Source: an uncultured Gammaproteobacteria bacterium (lineage in GTDB: Bacteria > Pseudomonadota > Gammaproteobacteria > Ga0077536). From it: DNA of 64,000 bases. The position numbers were made by a program, and so were the translations under genes. The stretch covers positions 64,825 to 128,824 of the forward strand of contig CAIPNE010000714.1 of NCBI GenBank assembly GCA_903866355.1, in the 5' to 3' direction. Below are positions 36,346-44,205 of this stretch, piece after piece. Numbering within the stretch: position 1 is the stretch's first letter; the number at the start of each line of letters is the position of its first letter. Under the pieces are notes generated by a model. It was not told the origin of the DNA, did no database searches, and worked only from the letters and a program-made list of their open reading frames with translations.

Positions 36346-39240
36346 TTATAGGTAGAACGGGAAGAAGTTACTACTGAGCAGTTCTGATACGTCAGAAGTG
36401 ACAGCGGCAGGAATCTCCAGCAACGCTCCGGTGACAGCGTCGAAGTTGAGCATGTTAACGGTCAGGACAGTCACGGCCTGATCGGTGTACAGGAACCGGC
36501 CCATGTTGACATTGGGGATGTCTCCGCTGAAGGCTTGTAGAGCGGAGTTGGAGAACAGATCCGACTTCAGCCGCTCTTCGGTGGGTGCCAGCAGCGCCAG
36601 CAGACCATCCAGGCTCATCCCCTTCGTAAAGTCAATCAGGCTAGATGGGGTGACGGTGAGGTTGGAGTTCAGTAGAGCATCGAAGTTAACGGCACCGCCG
36701 GGACCATTACTGACCGGCATGTTGGCGTCGAGGAACTGGTTGTACAGAGGGTCGGTGTCGGTTGTGACAATGCCCAGTACGTCGGAATCCAGAAGTTGAC
36801 CCCGGCTGGGTTCCGGAGAGGTCACTTCGGCGGTCACCGAAAGGTCAGCGTCGATGAACTGATTTCGGGTGACTTCGGCGTTCGATGATGACGTAACGAA
36901 GAATTGCGCTTCAGTTTCGGCATCGTTGTAGATAAGGACGAAATGACCGGCAGTAACATCCAGGTGAGAGTTGACTCTGGCATTCCGAAGGAAGTCGATG
37001 TAGGTCGATGCGGTGACCGGAAGATCCGCGTCGAGCAGTGCGTCGAAGTCCACCGCGCCGGTCGTCTCGTCGGTGATTCCTAATAGAGCGTCAGCGTTGT
37101 GGTTGCGGATAATTTCGCCGTACCGGGAAGAGGTTACTGCCAGGTCGGTATCTACCCGTGCCCCAAACAGAACGGCAGAATCCACACCGGCTTCGGTGGA
37201 GAGATTGTCAGATTCTGAGAACTGGTTGCGGATGAATGTGGTAGATAGAGAGGCTGTGACGGGGAGGTCACCGTCCAGCGGCTGTTGTTGGGAGAATCCG
37301 GCGGTGGCTTCGGCGGTGGAAGTGTGATCGGCGTCCAGCGGCTGGCCGTAAGTTGTGTCAGCGCTAAGTTCGGCGGTCACCAAAAGTTCAACGAATCCGA
37401 TGCGCCCCTTCACCGGATCAGATTGTGCTGTGGCCGTGACGGCTAGTTCGTCGGAATCAATATCGACCAAAACGGATCGGATCGCAATGAAGGTGGCTTC
37501 TACCGGCAGGTCAGCATCAACACCGACATTGCGGAGGGATTCGGAGTCCGGAATCGTGACGGTGATTCCAACATCTTCAGATTCAACAAAGACATTGCGG
37601 GTCGCTTCGGCAGTGATGCCAACGGCGACCTCCCCGCCGAATATATCGCTGACCATATCGGCAGCTTCGACGGCGACAAAATCAGCGATGCCTGCTAGGT
37701 CAGCGGTAAGGCTCTGAGCATCCCAGTTTACAGCCGACTCGACGGTTGCCGTCGCCACCAAGACGGAGTCCACAATGGCGTTACGGTCGGCTGCTGGGGA
37801 GTCTGATACGACAACGGTTATCTCTTCGGCGTCGGCGCGGGCGACAATGGATGCTTCCGCACTGGGCTGTGCGGTAATGATCTGGTCGTAAGAGAAGAAG
37901 TTCGCATTGCGAGTGCTGTCAGATTCCGTCGTGACGGTGACAGCCGTATCGCTATCGGAATACAGGGAGGTCGAAGCATCAGCCGGATTCGTCACTGTGA
38001 CGTTGATGGTGTCGGAGTAGACGTTTCTGCCTTGCACTACGTCACCAGAAGGACTGGCTGTCCCCGCGAGGTCAGTATCTTCGATTGCGTTACGGGTACC
38101 TGTTGTATCCCGACTGACTGTCACGTCCTGGCTGGAGTCTAGGAGTGCAGAGAAGTCCACGGCATCGGTGGCGGTTGCTGTCCCGTCTAGTAGAGAATCT
38201 GCGAACTGGCCGCGAATCGTATCGTTAGTGACTTGACTGTTTGCCGAAGTGACAGTGGTCGTCAGTGACGTATCGCCAAACACGCCCCTGGTGGTGTCTA
38301 CCAGTACGGATGAGAATATGACGGGGAAGACGTAGGGGAACGCAGAGTTGTAGCTGACTGTGGTGAGCAATGACGAGTCAACGGTCTGTCCCCGGCCTCC
38401 AGTTGCCTCTAGGGATACCGTCCCTGACAGGCTGGCTGCGATGGTAGTCGAGACTGTTGCGGCGGCAGACAGTCCTGCGACAATCTCCCCTGATGACTGA
38501 GCGTAGGCAGTCCAGTTGACTTGTGCTGTGGGTGTCGCAGTAACTGCTGTATCTGTATCTCCACCGTAGGTCTTTGCCAGGACGTTGCTGGTCTGGAAGG
38601 TGAACGGGAAGGTGTACGGAAATTGATTGCCAAGGCCAGCAGTGACCGTCAGATCAGCGGCAAGTCCCTGAGCATCCCAGTTGACTACCGAATCGGCGGT
38701 TGCCGTCGCGGCCACCAGGACGGAGTCCACATTGGCGTTGCGGTCGGCAGCCGGGGAGCCTAGTGCCGTCCCTGACAGGCTGGCTGCGATGGTAGTCGAG
38801 ACTGTTGCGTTGGCAGAAAGTCCTGCAAAGATTTGTCCCGATGACTGAGCGTAAGCGTCCCAGTTGACTTGGCCGGTGGGTGTTGCGGTGACTGCTGTGT
38901 CTGTATCGCCGCCGTAGGTCTTGGCAAGCACATTGCTGGTTTGGAAGGTAAATGGGAAGGTATACGGGAACTGGTTGCCAAGCCCAGCCGTGACCGTCAG
39001 CGAAGCGTCGGCTGTCAGGACGTATCCGACAAGGGTTTCGGTGGTCGTGCCCACCACAAAGGGGACGGTGTAAGGAATAGTATTATTGGTGGATACGACA
39101 ACATCCAGAGATGCGTCGGCCACTTCTTCTTTGGCGAAGATTACGACAACATCCAGAGAAGCGTCGGCAAAAAGCCTTCTTGTCGTATCCCTTAATACTT
39201 GGCTAGAACCAACCGGATATGACCTACCTAGCCGTGCCAC
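36346..39240 (-). CDS. Large repetitive fibre-like protein (964 aa) with internal tandem domain duplication
   Basis: Short motifs (DADLxVT, NAIVDSVLVA...) recur through the protein. An exact 118-aa duplication is present (...DLTVTAGLGNQFPYTFPFTFQTSNVLAKTYGGDTDTAVTATPT...). Confidence 0.55.
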   Translation of the reverse strand: MARLGRSYPVGSSQVLRDTTRRLFADASLDVVVIFAKEEVADASLDVVVSTNNTIPYTVPFVVGTTTETLVGYVLTADASLTVTAGLGNQFPYTFPFTFQTSNVLAKTYGGDTDTAVTATPTGQVNWDAYAQSSGQIFAGLSANATVSTTIAASLSGTALGSPAADRNANVDSVLVAATATADSVVNWDAQGLAADLTVTAGLGNQFPYTFPFTFQTSNVLAKTYGGDTDTAVTATPTAQVNWTAYAQSSGEIVAGLSAAATVSTTIAASLSGTVSLEATGGRGQTVDSSLLTTVSYNSAFPYVFPVIFSSVLVDTTRGVFGDTSLTTTVTSANSQVTNDTIRGQFADSLLDGTATATDAVDFSALLDSSQDVTVSRDTTGTRNAIEDTDLAGTASPSGDVVQGRNVYSDTINVTVTNPADASTSLYSDSDTAVTVTTESDSTRNANFFSYDQIITAQPSAEASIVARADAEEITVVVSDSPAADRNAIVDSVLVATATVESAVNWDAQSLTADLAGIADFVAVEAADMVSDIFGGEVAVGITAEATRNVFVESEDVGITVTIPDSESLRNVGVDADLPVEATFIAIRSVLVDIDSDELAVTATAQSDPVKGRIGFVELLVTAELSADTTYGQPLDADHTSTAEATAGFSQQQPLDGDLPVTASLSTTFIRNQFSESDNLSTEAGVDSAVLFGARVDTDLAVTSSRYGEIIRNHNADALLGITDETTGAVDFDALLDADLPVTASTYIDFLRNARVNSHLDVTAGHFVLIYNDAETEAQFFVTSSSNAEVTRNQFIDADLSVTAEVTSPEPSRGQLLDSDVLGIVTTDTDPLYNQFLDANMPVSNGPGGAVNFDALLNSNLTVTPSSLIDFTKGMSLDGLLALLAPTEERLKSDLFSNSALQAFSGDIPNVNMGRFLYTDQAVTVLTVNMLNFDAVTGALLEIPAAVTSDVSELLSSNFFPFYL
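38414..39120. repeat. Direct tandem duplication of two units of about 354 bp, roughly 85-90% identical, inside the 964-aa gene
   Basis: gtccctgacaggctggctgcgatggtagtcgagactgttgc... recurs at 38414 and 38768. The right boundary is approximate. Confidence 0.6.
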
Positions 39241-39246
39241 TCAGCA

Positions 39247-39753
39247 TCACTCTTCCCAGATGACGTAGCACCACATATTGACGGCAGCGGCAGACGTAGG
39301 GGTGGCTCGGATGCGAAGCGCCATGCTGGCGTTGACTTCCGGCTCGCGTCCCAGCGGGAACTGCTGCTTAAAGTAAAGGGAAGTGTCGTAGTTGTACGCG
39401 AACAGCCGGGAAGCGGTAATGATGCCTTCGTCGGTGGAGTTGAAGCCGGTGGCCCTGACTGCGCTCACCACAGCACTGGAAGCTGGCCCGGTGGCATCGT
39501 TGTAGCGGGTGACAGCCGTGATCTGGGTGATTTCGGCGAACACTCCGGTTTCGACAAGCTCCACCCTTACCGGGGAAGCCGGGGCGGCATCGAAGCCGTA
39601 GCCCCACTCCACGATGCGGAACTTCTGGGCACCCGCCTTGACTTGAAGGATCGTCTTGACTGTGCCCGACGTAGCGGAGGTCGCAGTAGCGGCGGGGGGT
39701 CCGCTCAGTCCCGACGTATTGGCGTTCCAGGCGATGAACAGCGGTGCGGCCAT
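39247..39753 (-). CDS. Hypothetical structural protein
   Basis: The track ORF spans 39247..39864. I prefer the internal ATG at 39751-39753, which follows AAGGTAAAGGAAA and lies after the upstream stop at 39765. 168 aa. Confidence 0.45.
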   Translation of the reverse strand: MAAPLFIAWNANTSGLSGPPAATATSATSGTVKTILQVKAGAQKFRIVEWGYGFDAAPASPVRVELVETGVFAEITQITAVTRYNDATGPASSAVVSAVRATGFNSTDEGIITASRLFAYNYDTSLYFKQQFPLGREPEVNASMALRIRATPTSAAAVNMWCYVIWEE

Positions 39754-39764
39754 GAGGGTTTCCT

Positions 39765-40445
39765 TTACCTTATTGAGGCGTGATTGACGGCGGCAGATAA
39801 CTGGGAAGTTTTTACGCCGGGGGTCGGACTGAACGATAAGGGGATGCCAATAGCTCCACCCCACTGAGTATTGTTAGTTGTGGTGACCGTACTGGAAGTT
39901 ACGCCGTCCGAAACGGCATAGAAGCCGCCAGCCGAATTATTTCCGCTGGTGTTCGTCCAGAAAGCTAACGTGGCTCCGGTGTAGCTATTAAGCGGTGAGG
40001 CGTAGGTTTCTCCGACGCTGAACACCACCATGCCGTTAGCTGGCCCCTGCGCCGTGACCGTGTGGGGGGAGCCTTGCTGTAAAGCCGTGACTGGGGTGCC
40101 GATTTTTCCAGCCCCCTTGAATGACATGGAGTTGGCTGCCCAGGTGTAAGACTTGCCATTCGGGTTTAGGTTGACCGTCTTGGTTCCTGAGCCGCCAATT
40201 TCCAAGTAGAACGAGGCGCACCGAAAAGTTGATGCCAAAAACTTCATGGCGACACCATCGAAGGTTAGCACTACATCATTCGGCCCCATTGCGTCATTGC
40301 CGTTCGTCAGAGAGACATTTAGGCCGGGGCAAATGGTGACGATAACGAGGTTGTGGTCGGCGGCGACAGTGTGATTCCATGACCCCGCCACGTTCGCGGA
40401 GGACTGATAAAATCCGGTCCCGGCAGAGCCGAAAGTAACGGGCAT
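39765..40445 (-). CDS. Hypothetical structural protein
   Basis: 226-aa ORF, Gly/Thr/Ser/Asn-rich. Confidence 0.45.
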   Translation of the reverse strand: MPVTFGSAGTGFYQSSANVAGSWNHTVAADHNLVIVTICPGLNVSLTNGNDAMGPNDVVLTFDGVAMKFLASTFRCASFYLEIGGSGTKTVNLNPNGKSYTWAANSMSFKGAGKIGTPVTALQQGSPHTVTAQGPANGMVVFSVGETYASPLNSYTGATLAFWTNTSGNNSAGGFYAVSDGVTSSTVTTTNNTQWGGAIGIPLSFSPTPGVKTSQLSAAVNHASIR

Positions 40446-40482
40446 GGGTCACCTTTCAGTTCGCCGGATGACGTACTGAGGG

Positions 40483-40866
40483 CTACGCCGCCAGTGGAGC
40501 CAGTGACAGACCGCAGGTGTTGAGCGTCAGGGTGTCACCGTTGGCGACCGTCTTGCTCACCGAAAGCTGCGCCGACCAGAGGAAGGAGCCGCCGGTCGAA
40601 GCCGACCAGACCGAAATGTAGGCTACGGTTTCGGAGGTCGTCATGTTCCATGCGGTCGGAGTAGCCGACAGAGCGATAGCACCCGACGAGGCGGCAGCGA
40701 AGGTCGCCTGCTGACGCACCGTTACGGCGCTCTGATTGCTCGTTCCGCTGGCACCTGGGTCACCAGTGTGCAAGCCGATGTAGGTCGCAGAGTTAGAGAA
40801 CGAAGTGCCACGAATGCCATTCAGCATTGCATTGGCGAGGTTGGTGGTGGAGAGGCCCACAGTCAT
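40483..40866 (-). CDS. Small fibre/minor-tail-like protein with an ...YIGLHTGDPGASGTSN... motif
   Basis: 127 aa. GAAAGAAAGG precedes the ATG. From memory, the LHTGDPG block resembles N-termini of actinophage minor tail proteins, but this is unverified. Confidence 0.45.
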   Translation of the reverse strand: MTVGLSTTNLANAMLNGIRGTSFSNSATYIGLHTGDPGASGTSNQSAVTVRQQATFAAASSGAIALSATPTAWNMTTSETVAYISVWSASTGGSFLWSAQLSVSKTVANGDTLTLNTCGLSLAPLAA

Positions 40867-41017
40867 CGGTTATACCTTTCTTTCGGTGGAGGCGGTAGCC
40901 TCCGTATCGGGGTTGGCCGGGTCCGTGGCCTCATCCATCCAGAGATTTTGCGGCGCTCTGGTCACCGATGCCGATGCTTCCGTCACGATTTCACCCAAGA
41001 TGTTCATGTCATTTCTT

Positions 41018-41203
41018 TCAGGCTTGGAGGGCAGTGGATAACAGGAACCAGGCCCCGGCGTGGCTTGACCACCGGAAGCCCAGGAAGGCGGTCTTGTGTG
41101 GCTCCAGCGTGATGGAGGGGTGAGCGCCCAGGCAGGGGATCACGTCGGACGGTGAGAACACCAGAACCCGATCAGGCCCTGCTTTGACCTCAAACACTTC
41201 CAT
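41018..41203 (-). CDS. Small hypothetical protein (low confidence)
   Basis: The track ORF spans 41018..41419 with a GTG start. Only the 3' third, from the ATG at 41201-41203 (MEVFEVKAGPDRV...), shows the local GC3 bias. No RBS was found. Confidence 0.25.
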   Translation of the reverse strand: MEVFEVKAGPDRVLVFSPSDVIPCLGAHPSITLEPHKTAFLGFRWSSHAGAWFLLSTALQA

Positions 41204-41478
41204 CTGATGCTCGTCCGGATCTTCGGGCAAGCTCAAGTGCAGATCGGACTGGGCGACGATGTGATTGCTGTATGAAGGATAGGCAGTACGCGCCCAGCCC
41301 AAAGTAAGCTGGTCGTGTTCACCGACTGGTGTCGGCCCTAAGTCCTTGCGTGTCACCAAGACCTCCCTCACCACTTCTGAAGGGTGAGAGGGCTGGTTAC
41401 AGGGCAGAAAGGCCCCCACCCTGCGAACAGGATGAGGGCCGGTCCTACCGAAGGATCGTGTGCGGCGAGTGCCCCTCG

Positions 41479-41685
41479 TTAGGACGTTTCGATGATGGGG
41501 ATATGGCTGGCGGTCTTTTCGTCAATGTCGATGACCACCGGGTTGCTGATCTTCAGGTCAGATAGACCGTTGATGAACTCCTGCATGTCGTGGATGCAGC
41601 TAGTTTGCACAATGATCTTCTGTATCTCACCGTCGTCATTAGACAGCGTGACGAGATAAGACCTCCCCACAGCTTCTGCGCACAT
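41479..41685 (-). CDS. Small Ile-rich hypothetical protein in an AT-richer island (moron-like)
   Basis: 68 aa (MCAEAVGRSYLVTLSNDDGEIQKIIVQTSCIHDMQEFINGL...). No SD precedes the ATG. TAGCCT lies 6 nt upstream of it, consistent with a leaderless TANNNT promoter. Palindromes lie immediately upstream. Confidence 0.45.
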   Translation of the reverse strand: MCAEAVGRSYLVTLSNDDGEIQKIIVQTSCIHDMQEFINGLSDLKISNPVVIDIDEKTASHIPIIETS

Positions 41686-41715
41686 AGGGTTAGGCTAGCA
41701 CTTCTAACTGTTGAA

Positions 41716-41748
41716 CCCTATAGGGCATTAAATCCCTAGACCGTAGGG
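41716..41748. promoter_or_regulatory. Palindromic element CCCTATAGGG (perfect 10-bp palindrome) plus CCCTAgaccgTAGGG, flanking the stop of the 232-aa gene and upstream of the 68-aa gene
   Basis: Seen in the sequence: 41716-41725 and 41734-41748, with an AT-rich spacer between them. Confidence 0.5.
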
Positions 41749-42431
41749 CCACTATCCCCAGTCTCGACCGGGGTGACCACGGCGTCCGGAGGAAGCTCTC
41801 CAGCCACGGCCAGAGTCGCACCTTCAGGTACGGCTACGGGCGATACGTCGGGAACCTCCACCACCGTAGTGGCCGGATGCAAGTCGCCTGCGTGTACCGG
41901 ATCGGCTGTCGGATCAACCGGGACCGGGGTGACCGCCTCAGCCGGTGTTTCGACCGTCTCAGCGCCCGCAGGAACCTCTGCCGGGACAGACGGTACCTCT
42001 GCGGTGATGCTGGCGTCAATCAGCCCTCCATCGGCCACCTGGCCTGCCGGGGTGCTGGCCTCGACGGCGACAGCCGGAACCTCAACGGGAGCCACCGGCT
42101 CCAGCGCGTCAGCCTGCGCCTTGACGGCATCAGCAGCCACGACGAGTTCATCGACAGCCTGGATGAGTTCCGGATCGGTTGCCGTACCGGCAGCGGTCAG
42201 GCTAGCCACCTGCTGCTGAAGGCTGGTCACCTGGCCGGTCAGTGAGGTCAGGTTGCTCTTCAGGTTCCCGACGTTGATGTTGTTGTCCGCGACAGCCTCG
42301 TTGAGCTTGGCGACAGCGGCTTCGATCTGGTCAGCGAGTGACATGATTTCTCCGATTTTATTGAGGATGAAGAAGGTCACAAACAGCGTGAACCCCTGAA
42401 AAAGCAAGGCGGCTGCGGTGAACCAGATCAT
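41736..42431 (-). CDS. Membrane-anchored coiled-coil protein with a Pro/Val/Ala-rich C-terminal half
   Basis: An N-terminal hydrophobic helix (IWFTAAALLFQGFTLFVTFFIL) is followed by heptad-like segments and then PVAPVEVPAVAVEAS... AAGGAG lies 6 nt before the second ATG. Confidence 0.5.
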   Translation of the reverse strand: MIWFTAAALLFQGFTLFVTFFILNKIGEIMSLADQIEAAVAKLNEAVADNNINVGNLKSNLTSLTGQVTSLQQQVASLTAAGTATDPELIQAVDELVVAADAVKAQADALEPVAPVEVPAVAVEASTPAGQVADGGLIDASITAEVPSVPAEVPAGAETVETPAEAVTPVPVDPTADPVHAGDLHPATTVVEVPDVSPVAVPEGATLAVAGELPPDAVVTPVETGDSGPTV

Positions 42432-42447
42432 CACGGACTCCTTGGGA

Positions 42448-42487
42448 GGGGAGCGCCAACGGACGGGGGGTGGGGTCGGCGCTCCCC
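42448..42487. terminator. Inverted repeat GGGGAGCGCC / GGCGCTCCCC (10-bp stem, 20-nt loop) in the 5' leader of the 232-aa gene
   Basis: Seen in the sequence. Its function (terminator or leader structure) is not resolved. Confidence 0.35.
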
Positions 42488-42552
42488 TACTCTTTCTCCC
42501 ATCATTGAGTGAGCTTTACAGGTTGAGCGGGAAAAGTGGTACGCACATACAG

Positions 42553-42589
42553 AAATCCCCCTCCCAGATGTTTGCTAGGAGGGGGATTT
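42553..42589. terminator. Intrinsic-terminator-like hairpin about 40 nt downstream of the major capsid gene: a 12-bp perfect stem AAATCCCCCTCC / GGAGGGGGATTT with a 13-nt loop
   Basis: Seen in the sequence. The stem is flanked by T/A-rich runs on both strands and could act bidirectionally. Confidence 0.5.
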
Positions 42590-42629
42590 CTTGCCTGTAC
42601 GAGTTTGCTGTACAGCTATCCTTGCAGGT

Positions 42630-43631
42630 CTACGCCTTGCGGAGGATAACTATGCCTCTCGGGTTTAGGATAGCTAGGCCAACGAGTTCGTCCATAACCC
42701 AGCCTTTGTGGAACTGTTCCACGTTATTGTTCTCTTCCACGTCGAGCGAGTACATGACGGGGAACACGCCCAAGAAGGACGGCTCCGGAGTCAGGTAGGT
42801 CGTACCCGGCGGGATGATGACGGACTTGCCGATCTGGAACTCACCGAACTGCACGATGCGCTCGCCAGCAACGACAGAGTCTTTGAACGCCCACCCTGTC
42901 GTATTGATGTCCCACCTGTAAAAATCCCGATATTCTGCGGGATTGCAGAGCAGGCGAGACGAATCCAGCAAACGCTGATCGGTGAAGGTGACCGCCGTGT
43001 AGAGGTCATCCGGCGACAGGTAGTTGCCTGCAACCTGGATTTCATTCGGCAGCGAGCCGGTACCGGGGACGGACGAGGAATCGACCAGACGATACTGTGC
43101 TGCGGCGACCTCCAGCAAAGTAATCAGGCGGCTATCTTCCTGCCGCATGATCGCCTGTTTCGTCATATCCTGGGCGTACTCAACCACGTTTGACCTCAGG
43201 TAATAGAGGTCTTCCTTCTTGATCTTCGGGAAGGCGGCGATGCGGAACAAGCTAACTGGCACACGTTTGCCCTCGAAGGGTGTGATTTTGACCTCACCCT
43301 CGTCGCCGTGGAGTAGGTAAGCCTGTCCTAAGTCGTCCAGAACGTCGTACTCAATGGGCACGCCGGGGGTCAGCGTGTCCTCCAGCAGGACGTTACGCAG
43401 GATGCCCTGGTAACGAAGCTGAAGCTGGATGGGGCCGATCATGGACTGGCCCAAGCGGACCATTCCGTTCTGGCGATCACCCAGGATGTTGGCGAGCTTG
43501 GACTGCTTCTCGCGGGCACTGAGCTTGCGACCACCCAGACGTGTCATCACGTTCTGGATATCAGCCACATACTCATCAGAGTGACGGGCAAGCCGACCGA
43601 AGCCGGAACCCGTAGCTACTGGGAGACTCAT
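42630..43631 (-). CDS. Major capsid protein (HK97-fold type, inferred)
   Basis: 333 aa. GGGAGGA precedes the ATG. A strong hairpin follows the gene. It lies downstream of the portal-protease block. A spine-helix-like segment FPKIKKEDLYYLRSNVVEYAQDMTKQAIMRQEDSRLITLL is present. Confidence 0.5.
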   Translation of the reverse strand: MSLPVATGSGFGRLARHSDEYVADIQNVMTRLGGRKLSAREKQSKLANILGDRQNGMVRLGQSMIGPIQLQLRYQGILRNVLLEDTLTPGVPIEYDVLDDLGQAYLLHGDEGEVKITPFEGKRVPVSLFRIAAFPKIKKEDLYYLRSNVVEYAQDMTKQAIMRQEDSRLITLLEVAAAQYRLVDSSSVPGTGSLPNEIQVAGNYLSPDDLYTAVTFTDQRLLDSSRLLCNPAEYRDFYRWDINTTGWAFKDSVVAGERIVQFGEFQIGKSVIIPPGTTYLTPEPSFLGVFPVMYSLDVEENNNVEQFHKGWVMDELVGLAILNPRGIVILRKA

Positions 43632-43646
43632 TTTTCTATTCCTCCC

Positions 43647-44174
43647 TTAGCTTCCGGCACCAAGGGTGACTGCACCCAGGTTGAAGCGGTTCAGACGGAT
43701 CAGGATTTTGTCGGTCGTCTCGACATCCAGAAGCTCCGCAATGGCGTTGGCGTTGGTAGCGCCGACCGGAGTGAGCTTGCCCTGAGCATTGCCGGTCAGC
43801 AGTTGCTGACCGCCGTTGGTCGGAGCGGTCCACGTTGCGGTGGTGTCGAAGGCCGGGGCCAGGATCTCAAACACAGCGTCGGAGTCACCGACCCAGACGG
43901 TGAAGAGGTTGGTCCCGGTTGCGGTGACCTCGTCAATGCCCAGGTTGGGCGCGACGAACAGAGCGGACAGACCAAAGGGCTTCTGGCCTGCTGCTCCAGT
44001 GAAGGGCGTGAAGATTTCGGCACTCTTGCGAGCCATGACCGTGCCGGGAAGAATGTCGAAGGACTTCGTCCAGGCCGGGTCGAGGAAACCACCCCACGTC
44101 GTAGCTTGATGCTGCGCGTAGATCGGTCGGATCGTACGCTTCTGCGACGGGTTGGTGATAGTTGCGCGGAACAT
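43647..44174 (-). CDS. Head decoration- or scaffold-position protein (beta-rich, hypothetical)
   Basis: 175 aa with a strong RBS GAAAGGAGG. It lies immediately upstream of the capsid gene. Confidence 0.4.
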   Translation of the reverse strand: MFRATITNPSQKRTIRPIYAQHQATTWGGFLDPAWTKSFDILPGTVMARKSAEIFTPFTGAAGQKPFGLSALFVAPNLGIDEVTATGTNLFTVWVGDSDAVFEILAPAFDTTATWTAPTNGGQQLLTGNAQGKLTPVGATNANAIAELLDVETTDKILIRLNRFNLGAVTLGAGS

Positions 44175-44205
44175 TTCTCGCCTCCTTTCTTAGTGATGAA
44201 GGGGG

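Noticed and set aside
38414-39120. Diversity-generating retroelement (template/variable repeat) hypothesis for the tandem 354-bp repeats in the fibre gene
   Set aside because: The mismatches between the copies are of all types, not adenine-specific. No reverse-transcriptase-like ORF (YxDD) is in the window.
40870-41007. 45-codon ORF (MNILGEIVTEASASVTRAPQNLWMDEATDPANPDTEATASTERKV) filling the gap before 40483..40866
   Set aside because: It has only a weak GAAAGAAA RBS. Its length is unremarkable for GC-rich DNA and no motif was found. I could not support it beyond chance.
41716-41740. T7-type promoter, because CTATAGGG resembles the T7 consensus core
   Set aside because: The upstream TAAT is only 7 nt away instead of 12. 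The rest of the 23-bp consensus does not match. No phage RNA polymerase gene is seen in the window.
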